The position numbers were made by a program, and so were the translations under genes. The notes under the pieces are model-generated. The model searched no databases. It was not told where the DNA came from and was given only the letters and a program-made list of their open reading frames with translations. 64,000 nucleotides of DNA from Mayamaea pseudoterrestris (taxonomy: Eukaryota): contig BROI01000010.1 of NCBI GenBank assembly GCA_027923505.1, positions 682,001-746,000 of the forward strand. The letters run 5' to 3'. Below, one piece after another: positions 47,919 to 59,766 of this stretch; positions within the stretch are counted from its first letter, which is position 1, and each line of letters opens with the position of its first letter.

Positions 47919-48962
47919 CTACATGGTGCGCCCACCAAACGCTCGCAGTAAATCATCCGCCGATGACTCGTCCTTGATGACCCGAATTCTGCGAAAATCA
48001 TCAATGTTTTTGTCATGCATGCACTGGCTCGACTGACCAGCAAAAACTGAAGTAATTACATCGTGTCTCGTCCTTCGCTCATCTTTACCTTTACTTGCTG
48101 CAATCGACTGTTTGTTCGCAAAGCGTCTCACTCGATTGCAAAATACCGTGGCGCTCTCCACCATATTGATCAAGATATGCGCCTCACTCGGTCGCTCCTT
48201 CTCCACTTCCACAAGGACATGTTGCAGCAATATTTCGGCTTTCATAAAGTATCCCGCATAAATGCAGTTGTAAGCTTGATTGACAAGGCATTTAAAGTAC
48301 ATGTTTGAATCATTCAGAATGCGCGCCATATGCTGCTGCTGTTGCGCCATGGCAACGGCAGTCTTCCAGTGATGGCACATGAAAAAACCACCTCCTAATG
48401 TCGATAGAAAGCCAGCCATGCTTTGTGCCCGAATCAGCTGGTTCTCAAAGTGAATTAATCGTTGCTCCAGTGATGAATCAAAGGCGACGGTGGCCTTTGG
48501 TTGTATGATGAGGCATGCATTGCGACGCTGTAAAGTGACTGATGTAAAGAGAAGGTGGACTGTTCGACAAATCACGTTCTCGTCTTGATCTTCTTTCTTT
48601 TGTTTGTTGCTTTCCATTTCCTTCTTACTGCTCATTTCCGCGAGGTCAAAACCTTTTACAAACTGCTCCGCGGCGCTGCCAAGCTTTTTCTCTCGACCAT
48701 TATGTATCTCCAATTTCTTCTCTTGCTTACTTGCGAATAAATACAGCAGTAGCCAAGTAGCTCGTCTCGCAAACTGGGGAGAATTATGAAAGAGTAGTGG
48801 ATGGAGAATGCTCCAAACAGCGCGAGGAGGTTCTACGTAAAGCACCAGCGTGTTGCTGCCATCGCTTAGAAGTCGCGACACAGTATCGACACGAAGGGGC
48901 AGCTTGACTGTCACTGGTGTTAAACGTCGCTGTGATCGATGCGCCTTTTCGAAATGTTCCAT
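47919..48962 (-). CDS. Conserved hypothetical protein (DUF4807-like)
   Basis: FLSTLGGGFFMC...AQQQ...ARILND...KCLVNQAYN. Confidence 0.55.
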   Translation of the reverse strand: MEHFEKAHRSQRRLTPVTVKLPLRVDTVSRLLSDGSNTLVLYVEPPRAVWSILHPLLFHNSPQFARRATWLLLYLFASKQEKKLEIHNGREKKLGSAAEQFVKGFDLAEMSSKKEMESNKQKKEDQDENVICRTVHLLFTSVTLQRRNACLIIQPKATVAFDSSLEQRLIHFENQLIRAQSMAGFLSTLGGGFFMCHHWKTAVAMAQQQQHMARILNDSNMYFKCLVNQAYNCIYAGYFMKAEILLQHVLVEVEKERPSEAHILINMVESATVFCNRVRRFANKQSIAASKGKDERRTRHDVITSVFAGQSSQCMHDKNIDDFRRIRVIKDESSADDLLRAFGGRTM

Positions 48963-49112
48963 GGTGAATAGATTTGAATTTGGATGGCACACTCGCAAGT
49001 TTCTCGACCGATTTGTGTCGAAGCGGGAATGAAATATCGGACCGGTTCTCAGATCTTGTCGGACACGTGGCTGTCACACTTGATTTGTGCTGATCCTCCA
49101 CACGAAATGACC

Positions 49113-50010
49113 ATGGCGTTCCTTCGCTCCTTTGCCCTTCTTTTCGCACTGGTGACCTTGCAGTCCACGCATGCTGCGGAGGAGCTGACTCCGGAACGAT
49201 TTCAGGAATTGACGACTTCGGGGAAGAATGGAATGGTCAAGTTTTATCAGGTCCGTCTTCTCTTACTGCCTTTCTACTTCCCTACAATCTTGTCGCTCTA
49301 AACTGAATTACTAAAACTATTATCTCATCTGTTCATCATCTTTAACTAATTTTCAGCCGTGGTGCGGTCATTGTACCAAAATGAAGCCTGATTGGGACCA
49401 GCTTGCTGCGGAGGCTCATCCGTCCGTCTTTATCTCTGACATTAATTGTTCCGAGCAGGAGGAATTGTGTTCGGAGAATAATGTACAAGGCTATCCGACC
49501 ATCAAGATTTACAAGGACGGCAAAGTGGAAGACTACAAGGGCGGTAGATCTCTATCGGATCTGCAGGACTTTGTTGACGCTGAGCTGGCCATCAAGTGCG
49601 ATGTTTCTGATCCAGTCGGAAGTGGATGTAGCGACAAGGCCAAAGCGTATATACACAAATGGTCCAGCAAGTCAGACTTGGCGGAAGCTGCCAAGAAGGA
49701 ACTTGATCGACTTTCCGGCATGTCTGACTCGAGTATGAAGGCTGACTTGAAACAGTGGCTGAATGAGCGCATGGCCATTCTTCGTCAGCTGATGGGTCGT
49801 TGCGATGTCAGCAAACCGGAAGGAACCTGTAGTGAAAAGGCCGTCGAGTTTATCGCCAAATGGAAGGATAAGGGCATTGATGCAATTAAGAAGGAGTTGG
49901 ATCGTTTGCACGGTATGACGGGGGACATTATGGCGGATGACTTAAAGCAGTGGCTACGAGAACGAATCAAGATTCTGAAGCAGTTTGGTGGAGGTAATGA
50001 TGAATTATAA
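49113..50010 (+). CDS. ER thioredoxin/PDI-like protein; intron 49251-49356
   Basis: Signal peptide; splice gives VKFYQ|PWCGHC; VQGYPTIK; duplicated helical C-terminal domain; ends NDEL. Confidence 0.9.
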
Positions 50011-50093
50011 AAATACTTTCTACTACCGGTAGAATTAGTTTATCTTAAGCTGCTTTGATCAAATTTTGTGTCCGCCGCGCTTTGTGCCTTGTC

Positions 50094-53000
50094 CTATGTA
50101 AGCTCAAATCCTGCACCAGACTTGATCGCATACAGCAATCGATCCTTTAGTACCTTCTCACTGCTATATGTCGGAAGCTTAAGCGTGTTAAAGCACGTAG
50201 ATGCGGATGGAAGCTTGTCGCCGTCTCGCATAATGCCAACTCGCTGGATAGTAAACGGAGGATTCATCGACGCAAACCCAAGCGGCGGTGGGCGTTCACA
50301 GCTGGTTACAAATCGAAGTAACTCAGCTTGCTCTCGTGGACCAAATGATTTGATGACGCTCCAAAAACGCGTTACAGTTCTATCAATGCCAGTGTAGCCG
50401 CCAATGTACTTGGTATGCGATTTCATATCGTCCACATCAATCTTGCCGTCGGACGCGCCGCTAATCAACACTTGGAGCTCGGGCTCGTTGAATATGCGGA
50501 GCCATGAACTGTCAATCACTTCCCAAAGACCGCGGGTAAAGGCTTCACTTTGTTCCTTAACGCGGTCAACGACATAATGCTTGGTAACCAGGCCAATATA
50601 ATGGTGCTTGTTAACATTCGTCACTTCAACGTCTGATCCGTTTGAAATTAAATTGATCTGCTCATTGCCACCAAAGTCGCTAGTCGTAATGGTGAATGAA
50701 AGGCATAGGTCCGCCGCATCGCCGTCGTAAGTCTTTAGAAACATCAAGTTGTTGTACAGCTGATAATCCACAGTGCTTAAGTCGGGCAGCATATGCAAGT
50801 AGTTGTAATCGCCGCGAAGGAAGCTTAAAAAGAAATGAGCAAATTTTGGCTGGATAGTTATGCCTTCGTATAACGCTTTTCCTAAGATGCGACCGACAAA
50901 CTCGAACAACTGAATGTGGTCACTACCATGAGCAGCTCCGGAGGATGGGTTAGGATACACGCATCCTGAACCTTCTGTAGCCGTAAACAAGGCGAAGTTC
51001 AAGTCAAAAGCAATGGCGCAAAGGTCAGTCCAAAACTCTTTGAATAGTCCGCCGGCATCCACGCCTGCTTCCCGCGCTCCAGCTTCGTTGACATAGTGGA
51101 CAGAAATGCGCTGGCGCATACGCGTTCCAAGGCTCTTCATAGTTGCAAGTCCATCTTCCAGAAGCCGACCTCTAGTTATATAGACTGGAATGCCAGGCCT
51201 TAAGGGATTATTGTTGAAAGGATTTCCATCATTGACGCCTTGAATGGCGACTCGATTAGTTGTGATTATCCGCTCGAATATCTTGAGACGACGCTTGAAG
51301 GAGACGAGCTGCGGACATACGCGAAGCACCGGTAGTTTCAGCAAAGCAACATAATCATCATGGGTCTTGCAGTGCCGAAGCTCCTTTTCAAGCAAATCAG
51401 GTACCAACCACATTTTTGGATCGCAGATTGGGCGCCGGCTCGAGCGATCGTACAAATCGCGCATTGCTCGCGCCGATACAGCAATGAGACTTAATCCAAA
51501 ACAGTTGGAATTAGCTAGTCCTCGACCATGATCAACGCAGCTCGCGCGATACAGCAGTTTCTTTGCGAGCTGAATGAATCTCCGAAGTTGATGAAGCGGC
51601 AAGGGACGATCCATGTCATGAATTTCGGCGTCATCCGTCACAATTAAGGAATGAGCAAGTGTGTTGGCAAAGATGTACAACAAGATCGGCCCATCGCCGT
51701 TCAGGTATTTAATGGCAGTGTCATTCTGGAAGCAATACTCCGGTCGTGCCTTCAACACCCTTGTCGGTTGCGTTCCTCGATGCTCCGAACCGATCACGCT
51801 TTGTATTTGCAGCACCAACTCGGGCTCCGACTGCAGAACGCCCCAACTAGTTCTCAAAAGGGCGGTCGAGAAAGAGAGCACGTTCAGCAGAGACAATGTA
51901 ATTGATTCAGGCTTGGAGGTTGCTGTAATTTGTTCTGTCAATTCTTGAGCGACTATGTCATTCTGTCCGTTGCCGCCCCAGCGAGCCAACACTACGCCGT
52001 ATAATCGACAAAGTGCTATCATAAATTTTGTGTCACAATGGCCATTGCCCCGATCAAGACACACGCTTAAATTTTCAGATGAAATTGCTACATATGCATT
52101 CGCACCCGAACCACTTTCCCCGCCGGCGAGTTTCTTCGCGACTGATGACGTATTCAATAGTCTCATTGTGCCGTTTCCCTTGGTCTTTGACGCAGAAGCA
52201 CTACTGGAATCGCTCACTGAAAGAAAAGAAGATACACTTTTTGAAAGGTTCTTCGCCCATTTGCTTGAGTTCCAAAAGCTCTTGTTGCGATCAAGCCGCG
52301 CTTCCTTTGCAGCGAAAGTCGCTGCCGACATTGCACCACCTTCCTCGAGCAAATCGACTTCATGCTTGAGGTCCTGCTCATCCTTTTTCGCCAAAAATAA
52401 TTCAATGCCTGAAACATCCCTACCAATTGCCTGCTGAAAAAGTCGTCGCACAAACGAATCCACAAGGAGAAGCTTGCACTGTTCCAAAATGATTGTCGAG
52501 ATAACGATGGGTGTGTGATGCCCCTTTCCATCATCCATCCATTCAACAGATGAATCGCGGGACGAGAAGGTGCTGAGCGGCAGAATATCAACCAAAGTTG
52601 CAAGAAACTTAACGTATAAAGTCATAGTGCCATTGTCCGAGGGCTGATTTCCATTCATGGTCGAATTCGCGTGGGCCATTAGCACAAAGTTAGCGAGAAG
52701 ACATTGCGAACTTGTAGCTGGACAAATAGTCAATGAAACTTCATGAAGAAATAACAAATTGTTTAGTTTGCCAGCTGTCAAAAGGTCCGCATGCAGTTGG
52801 ATCAGTGCTTCTATGCATGCAACGATGGGTGACGGAGTACTATTCGTTCCCTCGGCAAGGAGATATTGGACCATGTCAACCGAAACCTTCCAGGTCAATA
52901 GCGGAACCGTCAGTATCTCCACCAGAAAGCGAATTCGTAGTAGCTTCCGACCCATGTCATTTCTCGTCGCATCAATTGTCTTCCAAGTAAGTTTCACAAA

Positions 53001-54044
53001 GGCTGAAGCTCGATGGCAATTCTCGGGTGAAATACACGCCTCTCGCAGCTCCTTGGCTGCGGCCGGAATTGGAGTCGATCCCACTACAAACATAAGATGA
53101 TGTCGAAGAATCGATATAAGGTCCATGCTGGAGTCGCGCACTGCAAATGATAGTTTCGGAGCAATCGAAGGTGCAAGCAGAGTAGGTGTAATGTGCTTGG
53201 ATAGCAACAAGGATCGACAGTAGCTATGTAATTTTACCCGACCAGCCTTCTCGCTATTACCAACGCCCAACATGGCATTAAGAGAACAAAAAACAGTGTC
53301 CAACATTGGGATACAAAGATCGCTGATTGCTAGCAAGCAGAGGCGAATAAGGTTGTTCAATCGAAACCGACCTTCCGGGGTGTCCGGCCAAGTGGATATT
53401 GGATCCAGTGATGCATCGTTGCCCTTTAAACCAGGTAATAGAGCATTTTCCAAAAATGATAGTAGTAAATTGGCATTTTTAGCGACATCCAAGCAACAGA
53501 TAGCTGGCCTGCCGTCAGTCATTGTGGATAAAAAAATGAGCTGGCTGCACAAGGTCCTCGTCGTCGCTTGAGGTAAAACATATTCTACGCCTTTAGTCTC
53601 TCTGATGATATTGCGAAGCGTTTTCAGATCAGACAGTCGATGAGTAAGCTGCTGGCGAATGTTCCTTCGCCACGTCGTTGTTTCTTTGTATCGGCGAAAG
53701 CTCGCTTGGATGCGAATTGCAGCAGCTGTAAAATGAGCAATTCTGTGGCGCAGCTCACGCTCGCGCTGCGCTCGCTCAACTGCAGATAATTCTTTGGATG
53801 CTGCAATTGGCTTTGGAGCCGAGAATGAAGAATTTGTAAATGGATGAGCAAGTGTAGAAATGCTGGTAATTTGCTGGGTGTTGCATGAAGCTGTAGTTGT
53901 TGCATTTGTTATGCCATACGATGCTGCTGCCGCCAATGTCTTTTGCTTTCGGTTTTGCTCATCCTTCAAACGCTGCCTTCGAATTTTGGTCTCATCTGCT
54001 CTCTTACGAGCCGCGTTACTTCCTTTTAATTCATCAGAAAACAT
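50094..54044 (-). CDS. HECT E3 ubiquitin ligase, UBE3B/UBE3C-like
   Basis: IQ motif AAIRIQASFR, EAGVDAGGLFKEF, LRFVTSCERPP, LPSASTCFNTLKLP...GFELT. Confidence 0.9.
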   Translation of the reverse strand: MFSDELKGSNAARKRADETKIRRQRLKDEQNRKQKTLAAAASYGITNATTTASCNTQQITSISTLAHPFTNSSFSAPKPIAASKELSAVERAQRERELRHRIAHFTAAAIRIQASFRRYKETTTWRRNIRQQLTHRLSDLKTLRNIIRETKGVEYVLPQATTRTLCSQLIFLSTMTDGRPAICCLDVAKNANLLLSFLENALLPGLKGNDASLDPISTWPDTPEGRFRLNNLIRLCLLAISDLCIPMLDTVFCSLNAMLGVGNSEKAGRVKLHSYCRSLLLSKHITPTLLAPSIAPKLSFAVRDSSMDLISILRHHLMFVVGSTPIPAAAKELREACISPENCHRASAFVKLTWKTIDATRNDMGRKLLRIRFLVEILTVPLLTWKVSVDMVQYLLAEGTNSTPSPIVACIEALIQLHADLLTAGKLNNLLFLHEVSLTICPATSSQCLLANFVLMAHANSTMNGNQPSDNGTMTLYVKFLATLVDILPLSTFSSRDSSVEWMDDGKGHHTPIVISTIILEQCKLLLVDSFVRRLFQQAIGRDVSGIELFLAKKDEQDLKHEVDLLEEGGAMSAATFAAKEARLDRNKSFWNSSKWAKNLSKSVSSFLSVSDSSSASASKTKGNGTMRLLNTSSVAKKLAGGESGSGANAYVAISSENLSVCLDRGNGHCDTKFMIALCRLYGVVLARWGGNGQNDIVAQELTEQITATSKPESITLSLLNVLSFSTALLRTSWGVLQSEPELVLQIQSVIGSEHRGTQPTRVLKARPEYCFQNDTAIKYLNGDGPILLYIFANTLAHSLIVTDDAEIHDMDRPLPLHQLRRFIQLAKKLLYRASCVDHGRGLANSNCFGLSLIAVSARAMRDLYDRSSRRPICDPKMWLVPDLLEKELRHCKTHDDYVALLKLPVLRVCPQLVSFKRRLKIFERIITTNRVAIQGVNDGNPFNNNPLRPGIPVYITRGRLLEDGLATMKSLGTRMRQRISVHYVNEAGAREAGVDAGGLFKEFWTDLCAIAFDLNFALFTATEGSGCVYPNPSSGAAHGSDHIQLFEFVGRILGKALYEGITIQPKFAHFFLSFLRGDYNYLHMLPDLSTVDYQLYNNLMFLKTYDGDAADLCLSFTITTSDFGGNEQINLISNGSDVEVTNVNKHHYIGLVTKHYVVDRVKEQSEAFTRGLWEVIDSSWLRIFNEPELQVLISGASDGKIDVDDMKSHTKYIGGYTGIDRTVTRFWSVIKSFGPREQAELLRFVTSCERPPPLGFASMNPPFTIQRVGIMRDGDKLPSASTCFNTLKLPTYSSEKVLKDRLLYAIKSGAGFELT

Positions 54045-54406
54045 AATCGAAATTGTTCAAGTGGATGTGATGCTTCGATGGAACAAGTCTGACTGTGCAG
54101 CCGTCCATCGTTCAGAATTTATGACAAGCAGCAGCTTACATTCAAAGCTACAGTGAGCATTATTCATACGCGCATGCCAATGAATGACGCCAGCTTGCGC
54201 GGACGCGATGAATGATGCGCGCGCCGCTGCGATCCTTCCTTCCGTCATGTTGTTGTTATTAATATTGTTGTTGTGTCATTTCGTCGTCGCTAACCGGTTG
54301 ACGGAGTTAGTCTTCAGGGGCTTGAGACAAAGATAGATACATTAAGAAGCATTGTTCGGAGTCGATCAGTATTCAATCTCACGGCAGCCTCTGTTGTTGA
54401 GTTGAG

Positions 54407-56249
54407 ATGCATTTGCTTTCAGCCAAGGTTTGCCGATGGAATCTTTTTCCACTGCTTCTCTGCTCCTGGCCGCGAGTCTTCTCCTTCCTCGTCAAAGCAC
54501 CGAAAGTGAGCTATTGGTATGAAGGAGGTAGGACCCTTGCTGCAATGTACGCGCAAGAAAAGAGCAAGGAATCCTTTCACGTTCGTCTCCTCAATAAGGT
54601 TGGATTTCCTCAAACGCAACGCTTTAATCAAGAGAAGCAGCCAGGAAAAACAACGAAGAGGAAACAGAAGCTGACTGATAACTTCAATATCACCACGCTT
54701 CAAGATCTTGATGATTATTGGAACGATAAGGCTCATCGATTTCGCAAAGGCAGCAACGATGACGACGAGATTGACTACGATGCATTGATTCGAGCCGTCA
54801 ACGTTTCGGGCGATACGCAGCAAATTGGAACACCAGAATACACGCATCCAGTAGCTCAATTATTACATCAACGCAAGCGGACAGGAATCAAGGATGACGG
54901 ATGCAAAGTGGCACTAGCGATTGAAGGAGGTGGCATGCGCGGATGCATATCGGCCGGCATGGCGGCAGCAATCAACTATTTAAATTTGACGGATGGCTTT
55001 GATGTCATCTACGGAAGTTCAGCAGGGACAGTCATTGGGTCTTACTTGTTGACAGATCAGGTGCCGTGGTTTGGACCTGAATTATACTATGACTGCTTAC
55101 CAACCGCGGGGCGAGACTTTATTGATGCAAGGCGATTGTTGCGTGCCATTGGATTTGGCTTGCTGGACCCGCGACTCTTGAAGGATGTCCTATCGCGAAG
55201 AGGTGGCGGCAAGCCAGTTTTGAGTCTATCGTTTTTGCTAAAGCGATGTTTGCAAGAGCTCAAACCACTCGATTGGGACAAGTTTGTAGCCAAACAAACT
55301 ACACTTCCAATGAATGTCGTCGCGTCAGGATGCAAAAGCGAGAAAGCTATAATTTTGAACATGAAGAACGGAGGCTTTTCGAATCTTTTTGAGCTATCCG
55401 AGGCAATGCATGCCTCTTGCTTGTTACCGGGCCTTGCTGGCCCATTGATCAATATCGACACTAGTGCATTGAAAAGCAACCAGGGGATCAACAAGTTCGT
55501 CCATAGCAATGGTCAAACGGCCGACATTAACCAGTACGAGCCTCTCGCTGATGCGCTTCTTTATGAGCCTCTTCCTTACCGTACTGCCGTTGCTGAAGGA
55601 GCTACGCATGTTTTGGTGACACGCACTCGGCCGGTATGATACTTGAATGGCGTCGATTTTGTTTGAGCTTGTCCAAGCCTCACCAACGTCTTCTATCATG
55701 TAGGACGGGGTGGATGTGACGGGCAAGGGTGGAGTATTCGAAAGACTTATCTTTCGCCGATTCTTTCTCCGCAAGAACTGGCTGCCTCGCATCTTTAACC
55801 GGCTTAAAATGCAGCTCCACAAGAAGCTGTACGCCGAAGATGTCATACGGCTGAATGAGCATGCCAACAGCTCAAGGAACTACATGGACTTATCTGAGCC
55901 GCACTTGATGGCGATGGCAATGCCTCCAGGCTCACCAGAAGTTTCTCGTTTAGAAAATGATCGCAGAACCATCTTCTTCGGTATAAGACGAGGTTTTGCC
56001 CGCGCCTACGATTGTCTTGTCGAAGATTCGGAGGAACGAGGGCAGGGAGCCGAAGTAGCCAAAATCGTCTTTCCCGACGAGATTTTGGACTATGACCCAC
56101 AATTCTTTGGTGCTAGCAAGGAGTCAGCCTTTGCTGTATATTTGCGTGAGAGCGGCATTACTCCGAAGGCATGGACGAACGAGGTTCGCTACGTTGCTCC
56201 TCTCATGCAGTCTTGTCAAACGTTTAAACATTCGCAGCCATCCGTTTGA
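54407..56249 (+). CDS. Patatin-like phospholipase, probably plastid-targeted; intron 55634-55703
   Basis: GGGMRG, GSSAG, catalytic D in LADAL; splice RTRP|DGVDV. Confidence 0.85.
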
Positions 56250-56317
56250 GCCCGCATTTCACAAATATTCACAGTTGCGCACGTAAATACCTTGTCCTAT
56301 CTTTTATAGCTACCATC

Positions 56318-57052
56318 CTAATATACTATTGGAACCAAAGGAGCGGCTCGGTCAAAGAGAGGAGTATTAATGTACACTTCCCATGTCAAGAGCAAAACGA
56401 TGCCCAGCCATGTTCCACCTTCCAACACTTTCAACGGCGTTACTTTACCCGTCGTTTCATCTCTAAAAAATGGAATACTCTCCAAAAATCTAAAAGGGGA
56501 CTCTTTCTCCTCCGTAGCAATGGGTATCGTCGTCTTCTTCGAAGTGCGTTTCCTCTTGCGCGATGATGATGATGACGACGCCACCACTTTTGCCAGGTCG
56601 GGCAATGATCGATCCGTAACTTCATCGTCATCAAAAACAAACTTTGATTCTAGAGCTCGATCTTGGATGAGCTGATTGACTGATCGAGCAGGCCGGGCGG
56701 ACGATCGCGCCATCATTTCGGGCGAAAGTTCATTTGGCTTGATTGGTTTTGCTTTCTTAGTCGTCGTGGCAGACTCGTCGTCGCCTGCGATATCGAAGTC
56801 TGGGAGGTCACCAGAAGTAAAGGATGCTTCGTCAGATTCATCGTTACTGCCATCATCAGAGCTTGTTTTGCGGCGTCGCTTTCGCCTCGTGGCCAAGAGT
56901 GTCGTTGTCGAGAAACGTGAGGTTGTCGCACCATAAGGTCGAAGGGTTGCAGCAATCGGCGCTACGGCGAAAGCTTCACAGGACCATAATATGCTTTTGC
57001 AGGTGCAGAAGAAGAATATGAGCGATATGGTTGATCGTGGCAGGAGCTGCAT
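56318..57052 (-). CDS. Hypothetical plastid-targeted membrane protein
   Basis: Signal peptide ending CEA-FAVAP, Thr/Arg-rich transit peptide, C-terminal TM and WEVYINTPLFDRAAP. Confidence 0.65.
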   Translation of the reverse strand: MQLLPRSTISLIFFFCTCKSILWSCEAFAVAPIAATLRPYGATTSRFSTTTLLATRRKRRRKTSSDDGSNDESDEASFTSGDLPDFDIAGDDESATTTKKAKPIKPNELSPEMMARSSARPARSVNQLIQDRALESKFVFDDDEVTDRSLPDLAKVVASSSSSSRKRKRTSKKTTIPIATEEKESPFRFLESIPFFRDETTGKVTPLKVLEGGTWLGIVLLLTWEVYINTPLFDRAAPLVPIVY

Positions 57053-58080
57053 AGTTAATGAAGTACGCTACGGTAGTTTCGATTTCGACGGAAGGAGCGT
57101 AACGGCACGGTTCATCGCGAAGCGATTGAACATAAAGATCGACTAATTCGTGTCGTAGCGGTTAAAAATTGAGGATGCGGAGATGACGTGGCGAAGCAGT
57201 ACCGGTAAGTTTTCTGTTCCGGCACGATTGAAATCATTAGTTGTTGGCGATCATTGACACGACAGACCTCACTACTCTAACGAGCGCAAACTTTCAGTTT
57301 ATGTCAAGTTAGTAAGCAGCCTCATTATGGGAGATAAATATATGCAATGAAACAAGAAGTACTACCGCTTCAGCCCAATTCAAAATACGGACGAAGATGT
57401 GACAAGGACTATTGGTGCGGGTGAACGACATCGTCATCAGATAGATGGCAATAGTGAGTGCACTCTCATTGCCTGATTTACAATATACAATTAGACGGAA
57501 AATTTGAAGCAGCGCTTACTGAGTACGCCGTCAATTCACAGAACATTTTTGACACGGAAAACACATACGTTCGGATAAATCCGACAGCAAGGAAGATGCC
57601 GAACAAGGCCGCTGACATCGGCGACAATAATCATGCATATGCACTCGTCGAATAGCGCCTGGCTGAGGAACTCGCCAGCCCAGCTCATGCTGAACATGCA
57701 GACTAAATCTTGCAGGAAGCAGCGCAAGTTGAAGAACCTATTGATTTGGCTCGCTGGTTAAAGCAAAACACTGCCCAGCGCGTTCGCCACGTACGGAGAT
57801 TATGGTCGCTCATCTCTTAGATGCAAGGTTGGACGACTATGTGCGCCAACGAGAGTCGTACGGACGAAGAATTGCGGCTGCTCCCATCATCTGCTCCGCT
57901 CCGCTGCAATAAGCGCGTTTGCAGGTCGACTATCTATCGTCGTGTTAGAAACAGGAACATTTTCAGCTATGAAATGGAGGGAGACAACAACAGGAGATAG
58001 AATTCTTTGTAAAGAGTACAAGGTTATCACAAAAGAACTGCATCTACAATGAAATACATTACTTAGCTGTAAAACGTTTG

Positions 58081-59148
58081 TCATGTTGCCGGCTTGGGAA
58101 AATTAGTTCCAACGGGAGCAGGAGATGTCTTTGTATGATCCTGCGCAGCTGCAGTTTCGCTCGCAGTCAATCTGGTACCGTTCATGGCACTGATGTGGTT
58201 GAGGTCTTCCGGCGCTGCATCACCTGCGACTGAGTTTTGGTCGTCCACTATCTGGTCCAAATCTTCCTCGGCATCATCCGGTGGCAACGGTAGCAGCCCT
58301 TGCTTTCCAGGCATATGAAAATCCCATGCCTCCAACGGCTGGACGATATCGCCAAGTATTAGCATGTCAATATCATCGTCGCCGTCAAAAGTGTCAGACG
58401 CCGGAATAATGCTACCACAATGCGCTTGATAATACTCCTCTTCCTGGTCCATCGAGTCATATGAACAATCGTCACCGTCGCCATCGCCATTTTCGTCGCT
58501 CTTGCGTTTGTTGCCGTTGCTAGCAGCCAACGCAGGAGTCTTTTTCTTCTTCGGCTTACTAGTCGCATCACCATCATCTTTGGACTCCACCGTGGTAGTC
58601 GCCTTGCCCTTACTTAATGCTTCGGCAGCTGCAATTGCCGCCAAGTTGTTTCGCTCCCGCCGAAACTCTTTTTCTGCTTTTCGTCGCTCCCGATCATCGC
58701 AATCTGCTTGGTAGTGCTGCAAGTGTCGTCGCTTCCGTTTGGCAGCCTCACGAGCTTGCTCCAGTCCCTTGAGTCGCTGATTTCGACAGACGACCGACTG
58801 CTGGATAATCGTCGCCAAGAATCTATCCGCTGCAGCTGAAACAACGGCAGCAACAGACGTATCCATGTATCCAACGCCTTGTCGTTGCAAGGTGCGACGA
58901 GTCAAAGAGGTTGGCACCGTCGGTCCGTTAACGAAATCAGCGCGACTGTCATCTCGATTTTGTAGTCTGACAATGAATCGTTCCTTGAGCTGATCCTCGG
59001 ATTGAAAGCGAGCCACGGCTGCTTGCTGCGGATCAAGAGTAGTAGCAGCGAGCCCTACTGCTGGTACTCCATTGTGAGCGGCAAGTTTGGCGCCTTTTCC
59101 AACGTTAAGCAGCCGGGCTCTCTGCATTTCAATCATTCGCTCGCTCAT
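58081..59148 (-). CDS. TAF10-like histone-fold protein
   Basis: PTVPTSLTRRTLQRQGVGYMDTSVAAVVSAAADRFLATII resembles the TAF10 fold; later LILGDIVQPL. Confidence 0.6.
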   Translation of the reverse strand: MSERMIEMQRARLLNVGKGAKLAAHNGVPAVGLAATTLDPQQAAVARFQSEDQLKERFIVRLQNRDDSRADFVNGPTVPTSLTRRTLQRQGVGYMDTSVAAVVSAAADRFLATIIQQSVVCRNQRLKGLEQAREAAKRKRRHLQHYQADCDDRERRKAEKEFRRERNNLAAIAAAEALSKGKATTTVESKDDGDATSKPKKKKTPALAASNGNKRKSDENGDGDGDDCSYDSMDQEEEYYQAHCGSIIPASDTFDGDDDIDMLILGDIVQPLEAWDFHMPGKQGLLPLPPDDAEEDLDQIVDDQNSVAGDAAPEDLNHISAMNGTRLTASETAAAQDHTKTSPAPVGTNFPKPAT

Positions 59149-59766
59149 CTTGTATGTATAAGCAAATAATCTTGAGTAGACTTGTCGATGTATTTATTGA
59201 TTGATGATGGTGATGTAAAGGTGAACTAGGAGCGATGCAATCTCTGTGACAGGCAGCGACAAAAGAACCGAAATTCGCTCGCTCTAAGAGGATACAATCG
59301 TAAAAGTACAGCCGTCTAACGTTTCGTCACCATAGCACAGGATCGCTTCCGAGCGTATTGTTGATTGCAGGTAGACGTAACGTAAATATAGGATTGATGC
59401 GAACAACCAGAGGCGAGTCGAGTCCACTATCGAATTGCAGACTACTGAGCGTTTTGAAGTCTTTTAGATAATGACTGTGAAGGTATCTCTGGTCGAGGCA
59501 GTTCCGGCTGACTATTTGGCGTCTACCTGTGATAGATGTTGCCTACCGGTCTCCTTTATTAAGTAGACAAGGCAGCAGCACGGAATGTCGGCTAGGAGCA
59601 GTGTCGACCGACCGCCATTGAAACGTGAGGATCTCCATCAATCCGACACATTTTATGTCGCAGCGCCACTGAAAGTGTGACGCGAAAGGCGAACAAAAGT
59701 TGTTCGGCGCAGACTTTGCGGGAGCAAGGCGCAACACAAGGCACCTCGACTGTGAATGCTGCACCA

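Noticed and set aside
49357..49374. Selenocysteine (UxxC) active site in the PDI-like gene
   Set aside because: The codons are TGC and TGT (WCGHC), with no in-frame TGA
50068..54156. Many short antisense or alternate-frame ORFs overlapping large genes (here and throughout)
   Set aside because: Shadow ORFs with no recognisable motifs
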